From contig JBQTHX010000081.1 of NCBI GenBank assembly GCA_052389415.1, positions 1 to 34,621 of the forward strand: DNA of 34,621 nucleotides. Reading direction: 5' to 3'. A program made the translations under genes and the position numbers. Shown in pieces: positions 1 through 8,191 of the stretch. This DNA is from Nitrosopumilaceae archaeon (GTDB taxonomy: Archaea > Thermoproteota > Nitrososphaeria > Nitrososphaerales > Nitrosopumilaceae). The notes under the pieces were generated by a model. It did not search any database, was not told the origin of the DNA, and was given only the letters and a program-made list of their open reading frames with translations. Numbering within the stretch: position 1 is the first letter of the stretch; the number at the start of each line of letters is the position of its first letter.

Positions 1-904
1 TAATATTGCAATCAAATTCAACAAATAGTAAACAGTTTAAATTTTTTGTAAACCTCGTTTTGAAATGTTTTGTAATATTTTCATCCATTACTTCTAGAGC
101 CGATGGTCTTAACTTGACTATTTTTGCAGAATCTAATGAGGCTTCTTTTACGCTCTTGTAATTCAAGATTATTAACAATTTTTTTATCGGTAATGGCAAC
201 GTCCTAATTTTTACAGATGTGATTATTCCTAAAGTTCCTTCAGAAGCAGCGATGATCTTATGCATGTCAGATATTGTCTTGATTGCATCTAGTCGGTAAC
301 CGCAGGAATTCTTTGAAATTTTCGGGAATTTTTTTTGTATGTCTTTTTTAATTATTTTAAAAATCTTTTTACTGAACTTTGTATTCGAAGGAAGCTCAAT
401 GATATCACCATTAGCGGTAACGAATCTAACCTCAAGCAGATTGTCAATAGTGCTACCGTATTTTAGAGAATGGCTTCCACTTGCATTTGTAGCAACCATG
501 CCCCCTATTGTACAATATGGCCCAATGGATGGATTTGGAGCAAAAAACCTGCGTTTTTCTGCTAACCTGCTATCCAAGGTTCCCTTAAAAGCACCAGGTC
601 CGACGATAGCATAATTTGATCCAATCTTGATTTTATCAAAATTTTTCAGATCAAGAATTATTCCTGTTCCTAATGCGCTTCCCACAAGACCGGTACCTGC
701 ACCTCTTGCAGTAACTGAGATCCTGTTTTTTGAGGCAAACTTTAAGATTGAAATTATTTCTTGCTCGTTTTCCGGAATTACCACAACTGCAGGTCTTACG
801 ATATATGAACTTGCATCAACCGAGTAAAAATCTAAATTGTTTTTATCAACTAATATTCGACACTTTACGAAATTTGCTAACTCTTCAACTTTTTTTGAAT
901 TCAT
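1..904 (-). CDS. FAD-binding oxidoreductase (GlcD/D-lactate dehydrogenase-like, FAD_binding_4); partial, runs off the window start
   Basis: Not in the ORF track. Hand translation from ATG at 904 gives MNSKKVEELANF...YSVDASSY...P...TARGAGTGLVGSA...PNPSIGPYCTIGGMVATNASGSHSLKYG. These are the RGAGT and TIGGMxAxNAxG motifs of VAO/PCMH-type FAD domains. Confidence 0.9.
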   Translation of the reverse strand, partial: MNSKKVEELANFVKCRILVDKNNLDFYSVDASSYIVRPAVVVIPENEQEIISILKFASKNRISVTARGAGTGLVGSALGTGIILDLKNFDKIKIGSNYAIVGPGAFKGTLDSRLAEKRRFFAPNPSIGPYCTIGGMVATNASGSHSLKYGSTIDNLLEVRFVTANGDIIELPSNTKFSKKIFKIIKKDIQKKFPKISKNSCGYRLDAIKTISDMHKIIAASEGTLGIITSVKIRTLPLPIKKLLIILNYKSVKEASLDSAKIVKLRPSALEVMDENITKHFKTRFTKNLNCLLFVEFDCNI

Positions 905-1005
905 AAGAGTTCTTAAATTATCTTAGATTAAAGTTTAAAATGCATTTTGCCCGAAACTGTTCTGTCGACAAAGATTTAATTTAGCAAAGTCAGGCGTGAT
1001 AATTA

Positions 1006-2127
1006 TTGGAATTTTTAGGAATAAACATAGATACTCTGTTTGACGCAAATGATGAATCAAATCCCTTGATGTGGCTTGTCTGGATAGTTCCAATAATTAT
1101 TTTCATGTTCTACGGACAACGAATCCAGCTCCAGATAACATCATCAGAAATCTCAAAATCGCTTGAAAAACTAAAGGGATACAAGGAAGAGACCAAAAAA
1201 GAGTTGATAGAGTACATCAAAAATACCTTAAAGCCAACTGTTGATCCTTCTCAAAAAATTGAACGATTTTTTGAACACTTTACTATCATGCCAGTAGATA
1301 TGGATCCAAACGGAATTGTTCAAAAAGTACGACACGTCATGCGTTCACGTGAAGATTATACCAGATTGCAAGTCAAAGCATTCTCTCCTGAAATGAGTAG
1401 TCTTGAGGCTAGTAAAATCGAAAATATCATGGAAGCGGCCACCTCACTACATCTTCTTTACAAAATAGTTAGACACCTTTTCCTTACAGCGAAAAAACAA
1501 AACAATTTCCCCTTGATCTTGCCACTGCAAATGATGATGCCATTTATTATGGAAGAAGCTGAAGCACTAAAGACTGCCGTGTCTGCCTTCAAGCAAGGCC
1601 AACCTATTGGAGATGGAATTGGTCCAATGGTTGTAGGGAAGTTGATGCTTGGCTCAGAAAAGAAGATAGCAGCATTTGAAACCATATGGAGTGAAATTGA
1701 GTATGATGGAAGAAAATTGTATCTTATGAAAGCGGAAGGACCTTCAGCTACTGTGGGAAGACCAGGCGATGCGCTTGAAAAAATCATTTCTGAAACCAAG
1801 CCTGATATCATGATTATGGTAGATGCCGCATTGAAATTAGAAGGAGAAGAAACTGGCTCAGTAGCACAAGGCTTTGGTGCTGCAATTGGAGGAATTGGCA
1901 CGGACAGATTTCAAATGGAAGAAATTGCTACCAAACACAAGATTCCAATCTACGCGATTGTAGTAAAGCAGTCGATAAAGGAGGCGATAACTCTGATGAA
2001 AAAAGAAATTGCAGATTCCGCAGAGAAGGTTCTCTCCAACATTCATGAAATCATAAAAGAAAATACAAAGCAAGGGCAATCAGTACTAGTCATTGGCGTT
2101 GGCAATACTCTAGGAGTTTCACAATGA
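1006..2127 (+). CDS. DUF1512-family membrane-anchored protein
   Basis: 373-aa ORF (TTG start) with an N-terminal TM helix and the motifs PVDMDPNG, IGDGIGP, GRPG, VDAALKLEGE, GxGAAIGG and IGVGNTLGV typical of this archaeal family. Confidence 0.8.
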   Translation: MEFLGINIDTLFDANDESNPLMWLVWIVPIIIFMFYGQRIQLQITSSEISKSLEKLKGYKEETKKELIEYIKNTLKPTVDPSQKIERFFEHFTIMPVDMDPNGIVQKVRHVMRSREDYTRLQVKAFSPEMSSLEASKIENIMEAATSLHLLYKIVRHLFLTAKKQNNFPLILPLQMMMPFIMEEAEALKTAVSAFKQGQPIGDGIGPMVVGKLMLGSEKKIAAFETIWSEIEYDGRKLYLMKAEGPSATVGRPGDALEKIISETKPDIMIMVDAALKLEGEETGSVAQGFGAAIGGIGTDRFQMEEIATKHKIPIYAIVVKQSIKEAITLMKKEIADSAEKVLSNIHEIIKENTKQGQSVLVIGVGNTLGVSQ

Positions 2128-2309
2128 TATTTTCCAAGAAAAAGGAAATTCTTGAACCATACTCTATAGAAGAATGCAGCTCTTGCAAAGCAATATCGAA
2201 GAGAAAATTTAGGGAAGGAGATTACATCTTCAAGCATACTGACCAATGTTCTTCATGCAAGGGACAGATGGCTGTGGTCAAAATCTTTGGCGAAGTTTTC
2301 AAAGAGTAG
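2124..2309 (+). CDS. Small Zn-ribbon protein (CxxC...CxxC)
   Basis: 61 aa with CSSC...FREGDY...CSSC; ATGA overlap with the DUF1512 stop. Confidence 0.8.
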   Translation: MIFSKKKEILEPYSIEECSSCKAISKRKFREGDYIFKHTDQCSSCKGQMAVVKIFGEVFKE

Positions 2310-3189
2310 TTATTGTTATTCCATTTTGCTGTGGAATAAATGTGTGTTCGGCTTGTGCTACTCGCTGGCCGTTGGCTTCAACCAATATAGGATATGAATG
2401 GACAACTTTGAATTTTGTGAGTTTCTCGAGTAGGGTCCTTGCCGTTTTTTCATTCCATTGAGGCAAGAGCCAGCGCAAGGCAAAGGGAAGCATATTGAAT
2501 TTTTCCCAAATGTAATCTACAAGTTTGTCGCATTCAGGATCCTTTGTTCTCTTTCTTGAAACAAGTGAAAAAATGTTTCTTGTTTTTCCTTCCCGCACAA
2601 ATCCCAGACCGTCAGGCGTTGTCACAAAAGGTTCACAAGCATAAGCTTCTGTTGGTAAAAATGAAAAGGAACCTATGGACCAAACATTGGGAATAGACTT
2701 ACCAGCATGAATAGTATACTGTTCTAATGAATGTCCACTAAGATTTGCAATTGGCACTCCGCCCATCTGTTTTATAGTGTTTTCAATTGTTTTTCCAACC
2801 TCGCTAGATTTTACCCCTGATCTTATCATGGCAATCGCATCCTTTAGTGCAGCCTCTGCTGCCTGAACTAGATAGTCAAAACTTGGGTCATAGCTGACCG
2901 TAACTGCAGTGTCTGCAATGTACCCATTTATCTGAACACCAAGATCAATTTTTAACAAGTCAGTCTCGCTTACAGTTTTCTGATCGTTAGGTTCAGCTGT
3001 ATAATGTGCAGCAATTTCATTCAAGCTTGTATTTACAGGAAAAGCACATTTGCCACCTTTTTTAGTAATTTCGCTCTCTATTGATTCACAAATTTCAAAC
3101 AGCGTAGACCCTACATGGTATTTTTTTCTAGCATTTTCTCGCACCTCAGCTGCAATTTTTCCAGCAGAAAGGTAATCCTGAATTTGCAT
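2299..3189 (-). CDS. map: Methionine aminopeptidase, type II
   Basis: AFPVN, AAHYT, KIDLG, GYIADTA, NLSGH, EPF and AQAEHT metal-binding motifs, plus the type II helical insertion. Confidence 0.97.
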   Translation of the reverse strand: MQIQDYLSAGKIAAEVRENARKKYHVGSTLFEICESIESEITKKGGKCAFPVNTSLNEIAAHYTAEPNDQKTVSETDLLKIDLGVQINGYIADTAVTVSYDPSFDYLVQAAEAALKDAIAMIRSGVKSSEVGKTIENTIKQMGGVPIANLSGHSLEQYTIHAGKSIPNVWSIGSFSFLPTEAYACEPFVTTPDGLGFVREGKTRNIFSLVSRKRTKDPECDKLVDYIWEKFNMLPFALRWLLPQWNEKTARTLLEKLTKFKVVHSYPILVEANGQRVAQAEHTFIPQQNGITITTL

Positions 3190-3270
3190 AGGCTAGACTA
3201 GATTTTGTATCTTATTTAAAATCATCACATGTGAAGCTTAAATTGGGGATCTCCAAACTGCTCTCATCTC

Positions 3271-3347
3271 GGGATCGTGGTCTAGCTTGGCATGATTCGG
3301 GTTTTGGGTACCTGAGGTCGTCGGTTCAAATCCGGCCGATCCCACCA
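3271..3347 (+). tRNA. trnP: tRNA-Pro(TGG) with encoded CCA
   Basis: Acceptor stem GGGATCG/CGATCCC, anticodon stem CGGGT/ACCTG with loop TT-TGG-GT, T-loop TTCAAAT, 3' ACCA. Confidence 0.97.
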
Positions 3348-3429
3348 TTTTAAAGGGGTAAAGATAAGACGCTACCGTTTGACTCTATACTAACATAATA
3401 ACTAAAGATTGAATGAAAGTAATAAAAAA

Positions 3430-3729
3430 CTAAGCAGCTATCTCTTGACTTGGAAGATCAGTGAGGGTAAATACAAATCTTGAACCTTGAAAATCGGTGG
3501 TTCCCTCTCTTTCCCAATTAACTTTATACGATTTTGTTAAATGACCACCGATAATTGATATTGTTTGTGGAACTTCCGAATATAATTTTTCTACCTTATT
3601 CTTGTCTCTTGTCATAAGTAGAGAACGACGTTTTTTCATTAAATATTTTATGGCCACATTTTTGTGCTGGTGACCTTCCACTTCTATCTTCTCACTTCCT
3701 AAGTCAATTACGAATTTGCGTTTTCCCAT
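3430..3729 (-). CDS. Conserved hypothetical basic protein (99 aa)
   Basis: The track ORF extends to 3795, but ATG at 3729 (MGKRKFVIDLG...) gives a more plausible globular protein. Function unknown. Confidence 0.75.
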   Translation of the reverse strand: MGKRKFVIDLGSEKIEVEGHQHKNVAIKYLMKKRRSLLMTRDKNKVEKLYSEVPQTISIIGGHLTKSYKVNWEREGTTDFQGSRFVFTLTDLPSQEIAA

Positions 3730-3830
3730 TAAGGACAGTCTTGTGAAAAATCTACTAAAAGATAAAGACCAACAGAAAGCAAGTAAAAAGAGCACAAATT
3801 ATGACTAGTTTCTAAAATGAGTGGTTTTTC

Positions 3831-3940
3831 CTCAGCTAGTTCTTATCTTACATTGACTAACCTCTTATCGCCAGGCGATGAAGAGGAGTTAGAGACATGA
3901 TATTAAGATGAATGCAAATTCAGTGACTCTGAGTACTGGC
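3831..3940. other. Long imperfect inverted repeat / candidate structured ncRNA between divergent genes
   Basis: Nested pairings: ATCGC/GCGAT, CCTCTT/AAGAGG, CTAA/TTAG, ATCTTA/TAAGAT and CTCAG/CTGAG, centred on 3873. Confidence 0.45.
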
Positions 3941-3977
3941 ATAGATTTTTATTAAAAATTTTTAAGACACAAGACTA

Positions 3978-4235
3978 TTGCCATTTGAAAAACGAGAAAT
4001 AATTCTAATCCTTGGAATATTGTTTTTAATGATTGGAATGCTGTCATTTATCGCGCCAATTTATGCAGTAACAATTGCCATAGTCATCTATTTTGGTATT
4101 AGAGTGCTTGTTGGAAGAAGAAAAAAACAAATCCGCGAATCTATTGGGGAGGGAGTCTGTGCAGTTTGCGGTAGACAAATAATAAAAAACAAGTGTCCTA
4201 ATTGTGACAGTTCAAACGATTCTCGTGCCACATGA
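3978..4235 (+). CDS. Small membrane protein with C-terminal Zn ribbon
   Basis: Two TM helices, a basic stretch, then CAVC...CPNC. Confidence 0.8.
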   Translation: MPFEKREIILILGILFLMIGMLSFIAPIYAVTIAIVIYFGIRVLVGRRKKQIRESIGEGVCAVCGRQIIKNKCPNCDSSNDSRAT

Positions 4236-4393
4236 GAAGGACCTTAGAACGAATCATGCGCACTGCTTATTATTCGCATAATCATGATTAATCCGCTTAT
4301 GGAGGAATATTCTACATTCACAACCAGCTCAACTTTTCCACAATCAACACCTAAAATTAGATTATTCTTGATAAAAAGGTAAAGGGAAGAGAA

Positions 4394-7300
4394 TTGAGGT
4401 CGCACTTACTTTTTGTAATTTTAGGATTAATTTTACTAACAGGGCAAGCTACACCTGCAATTGGTCAGTCAATTGAACCGGAATCTAATGTTGTAATAAA
4501 CGAGGTAGATATCAACCCTCCAGGTGATGATTCAAAAAGTGTTTTTGAATGGATTGAGCTTTACAATCCTACTGATGCAGCTGTAGATTTGGGAGGATGG
4601 AAAATCTCAGCTACTAGTGGAATTAAAAAAATATACACAATAGCAGAGGGCACGCAATTAAAAAGTGGGGGGTTTGCTACTTTTTCTTTTGGTCCATTAT
4701 GGTTTCCAGACACATCTGCAGTGATTCAACTAAAGAATAAAGATGGTGAAATTGTCGATTCGACTGCAACGTTAAGAGACGTTGAAAATAGTCTAAAGTC
4801 TTGGCAAAGAATTACAGATGGTTATGATACAAATTCATCCACTGATTGGATATATAGGACTGCTAATGCAGGTTCATCAAACGGAAAAACTGGTTTTAGT
4901 GATTCATTTGAATTTTTGTCAATCAAAGTTTTCACAGATAAAACGATTTACAATCCTGGCGATATAGTGAAAATTAGTGGAGAAATTTCAAAAAAGGTTA
5001 CTTTGCCAGATCAAAAATACACTGTTCAACAAATCCATCTTAAGATAACTGGACCCGGAAATTTCAAGAAACTAGTATCGCTTTTCCCTGACAGAATGAA
5101 TCTGTTTAAAAGCGAAATGAAAACTGACAAGGTACTAAACGTTCCTCAAGGCAATTTCAAAGTTTTAGCAGAGTACGCAGGTGAAATCACCGAAACCTCA
5201 TTTATCATTACTTCAAAGTCATCTGTTCTTGCAGAAAGTGAAGCATTGCCTATAATTTCAATAGATGTGGATAAACCTGTCTACCTTCCAGGGGAAACCG
5301 CAGTTCTTAGTGCTAATACATCAAAAATCATTCCGTTTACAGGAATGAAATTCAAGATTTTTGATCCCAAACAAAAGCTAATCTACGAAGGAACATTATA
5401 TCCAAATACACAAGGAAAATTCAATACCAAATTTTTCATAAATTCAGTTAAGCCCGTATTTGGACAATATGCGGTTTCTGCAACATATGCCAAACAAACA
5501 GCTCTTGCTTTCTATGAAGTGGTTCCAGAAATTAAAGAAGACACCATAATTTCTTTATCAACTGACAAGAAAGCGTATGGACTGGGGGACACTGTAATAA
5601 TTTCTGGTAGAAGCAACAAAATCTGGGTCTCTTCAATTGATCTAGAAATTATACAATCTTACAAAAGCAAGGACATTACTGACACTTTTGTAGTAAAGGA
5701 TCTGGTCAGACTGGAAGGGGATAGCACATTCAAATACGAATTCAAGATACCTTCTACCCAACAACGATTTGGTGATTACAAGGTAAAGGTTTCAGTAGAT
5801 ATTGGCTCTGCAGAATTGTCTTTCAAGGTAGTAGCAAACCCAAATGATTTTGTTGAAGAAGAAATAAAACCACTTTCGATATCAACTGACAAGACGTCGT
5901 ATAATATTGGTGATGATCTGGTAATCTTGGGTAAGGTTTCAGAAAGCAAGGATCTTGGACGACAAGTAGTAACAATTTCTGTGGCAAAATCTGATGGCAC
6001 TCCTATAATTTCAAAAGCTGATCCTCGTGGAACTGCTGGCGACAAAGATGCACGATACTCTTTTACTGGGATTCCTGATGCCTCTGGAAACTTTGAGGTA
6101 AAAAGTCAGATATCAAGAAATGTTTTCGCGAATGGAAAATACATACTAAAAGCGTCTTATGGCAATGAACATGCTTCTACCTCATTTCTAGTTGAGGACT
6201 CTGCTAGAAGCGGTAAGGTAGAAATTCTTGCTTCAACGGATAAGGAGGTTTATGGCGCAGGAGAAAAGGTATTGCTGACAGGTGGTGTTTCTACCTTTAC
6301 TGCCCAGTCATCTTACACCATAAAATTGACTGATCCCAGCGGAAAAGTCACAAAAAGCGGCGTAATTCTTGACAAAGGGCAATTTTCATGGTCTTGGATG
6401 ATTCCATCACGAGCAACCATATACGGACTGTACAAGATAACTGTGAGCTCAGATTCAGATGAAACAAACGTATTTTTCAAAGTATCTAAAAATCCTGAAT
6501 CAGAACCAAAGTTACAGCCTCTTGTCATAGAAATTGACAAGGAGGTGTATAACAGCGGAGAGACTGTCAATATTTCTGGTAGTGTAATAAAGATAGTTTC
6601 TGGAACAGAAGGGTTACTTGTTGATCCCAAGCCAGAAATCATTGTAAAAAATCAAAAAAACCAAGAGGTATTCAAGGCATATCCAGATCTTGGTGTGGAT
6701 GGAACATTCAAGACATCTGTAAAGGTAGTTCCAGGAGTCTTTAAGACCGGACAGTACAAAATAACTGCAAAATATTACAACGAAAAAGATCAAGTGGTTT
6801 TCAAAGTTGATGATAGATTTAACATCGGAAAGGACGTTCCCTTGGTTTTGCTTATCGAAACTGACAAAGAAAGATATCTTCCAGGAGAAACTGTCAAGAT
6901 ATCAGGAAAAACTAGCAGAATAGTTTCAGTATTTGATATCAATGTAAAGATATCAAAAGATGACATACCAATCTTTGATGATATTGTGAGATTTGATGGA
7001 CTGGGTTCATTTTCATATGATTATCCTATTGTACAAAATGCAAATCTTGGAATTTATTCCATAGAAGCTGACACTGATTTTGATACGGTTTCAATTTTAT
7101 TTGAAGTTGTAAACGAATTACCTCCTGAAATAATTGTGCCGCCAGAATCAACTGACACAGACATACCAATCCTACCGGAGAAAATAACCGATGTTGTTAA
7201 CAGAATAACAGACTCTTCAATCACAATCTTGGTTGAACCAAAAAGTATCGGGGAAAAAACTTATGTCCCCACACTTGTTGAAGGAATGCTTCGTGTAAGC

Positions 7301-7609
7301 TATGGGGAAGAACCAAACGTGAACCTAATACTAAGTTCCAATGATGGAACTTGTATTATAGGACAAGAAGAGGACTGTGAGATATCAAAATCAACACGAG
7401 ATGGAAGTTCTCTATACAAAATTGTCAAAGTAGGAGAGACTGAAGTTAAAGTAAGGTATAGCGGCCATGGAACAAGATTGGAAAAATTCACAATTCTTCC
7501 TGAAAAGAATGGCGAAATAATTCCTGAAGGAAACTGGACTGTAGACATAATCAAAGACGAACAAATTTCTAGATTCTACTACAAGATTACATATACTGCG
7601 ATAAATTAA
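4394..7609 (+). CDS. Large secreted/surface protein: lamin-tail domain plus seven Ig/MG-like repeats
   Basis: Signal peptide; LTD motif VVINEV...EWIELYNP...VDLGGW; seven [TVI]DKxxYxxG[DE] repeats. Confidence 0.85.
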   Translation: MRSHLLFVILGLILLTGQATPAIGQSIEPESNVVINEVDINPPGDDSKSVFEWIELYNPTDAAVDLGGWKISATSGIKKIYTIAEGTQLKSGGFATFSFGPLWFPDTSAVIQLKNKDGEIVDSTATLRDVENSLKSWQRITDGYDTNSSTDWIYRTANAGSSNGKTGFSDSFEFLSIKVFTDKTIYNPGDIVKISGEISKKVTLPDQKYTVQQIHLKITGPGNFKKLVSLFPDRMNLFKSEMKTDKVLNVPQGNFKVLAEYAGEITETSFIITSKSSVLAESEALPIISIDVDKPVYLPGETAVLSANTSKIIPFTGMKFKIFDPKQKLIYEGTLYPNTQGKFNTKFFINSVKPVFGQYAVSATYAKQTALAFYEVVPEIKEDTIISLSTDKKAYGLGDTVIISGRSNKIWVSSIDLEIIQSYKSKDITDTFVVKDLVRLEGDSTFKYEFKIPSTQQRFGDYKVKVSVDIGSAELSFKVVANPNDFVEEEIKPLSISTDKTSYNIGDDLVILGKVSESKDLGRQVVTISVAKSDGTPIISKADPRGTAGDKDARYSFTGIPDASGNFEVKSQISRNVFANGKYILKASYGNEHASTSFLVEDSARSGKVEILASTDKEVYGAGEKVLLTGGVSTFTAQSSYTIKLTDPSGKVTKSGVILDKGQFSWSWMIPSRATIYGLYKITVSSDSDETNVFFKVSKNPESEPKLQPLVIEIDKEVYNSGETVNISGSVIKIVSGTEGLLVDPKPEIIVKNQKNQEVFKAYPDLGVDGTFKTSVKVVPGVFKTGQYKITAKYYNEKDQVVFKVDDRFNIGKDVPLVLLIETDKERYLPGETVKISGKTSRIVSVFDINVKISKDDIPIFDDIVRFDGLGSFSYDYPIVQNANLGIYSIEADTDFDTVSILFEVVNELPPEIIVPPESTDTDIPILPEKITDVVNRITDSSITILVEPKSIGEKTYVPTLVEGMLRVSYGEEPNVNLILSSNDGTCIIGQEEDCEISKSTRDGSSLYKIVKVGETEVKVRYSGHGTRLEKFTILPEKNGEIIPEGNWTVDIIKDEQISRFYYKITYTAIN

Positions 7610-7616
7610 ACAAAAC

Positions 7617-8111
7617 ATGCAAGTGCAGGTGCTGATGTTTAGGCAAGATGATCCAAAAAAATGTACCGCCGCAAAAATTGTAAAATTTAAACTTGCAACA
7701 AGTGTCAGATCAACTTCATCAAATACACTACTTTTAGATCCTTATGCTAAAAAAATACTCTTAAGAAATAACGCTTCTTTAGTGGACTCTATAACCGGCA
7801 TAGATTGCTCCTGGGAATTGGCAGAAAAAACATTTACAAAAAAATTTCCTGGTATTTCAAGAAAACTTCCTCCTCTTTTAGCAGGTAATCCAGTGAATTA
7901 TTCTAAACTTGGCAAGCTTACAACAGTGGAAGCTATAGCCGGGGCAGCTTTTATTATGAATTTTTCTAGTCTTGCGCATGAGCTTCTTGACAAATTCAAA
8001 TGGGGTCATACATTTTACGATCTAAACCACGATCTCCTTGATGACTATTCGCAAGTAAATTCTGAAGAAGAGATCAGCGCTATCATAAAAGAATATCGCC
8101 TTTTAGGATAA
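7617..8111 (+). CDS. tsr3: rRNA aminocarboxypropyltransferase Tsr3 (DUF367)
   Basis: DDPKKCT, IDCSW, RKLPPLLAGNPVNY, LTTVEA and FKWGHTF..LN motifs. Confidence 0.95.
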   Translation: MQVQVLMFRQDDPKKCTAAKIVKFKLATSVRSTSSNTLLLDPYAKKILLRNNASLVDSITGIDCSWELAEKTFTKKFPGISRKLPPLLAGNPVNYSKLGKLTTVEAIAGAAFIMNFSSLAHELLDKFKWGHTFYDLNHDLLDDYSQVNSEEEISAIIKEYRLLG

Positions 8112-8191
8112 AGTCAACAGATTTTCCTTTTATCTGAGTCCTCAATCAACGGGTAGAGATTTATTCGACCATTTTTTCCACACCGATAGGT

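Noticed and set aside
339-827. Plus-strand track ORFs 339-614 and 627-827
   Set aside because: Antisense shadows of the minus-strand FAD oxidoreductase (1-904).
4236-4393. Short open frames in the gap before the LTD protein gene
   Set aside because: No convincing start, promoter or protein motif.
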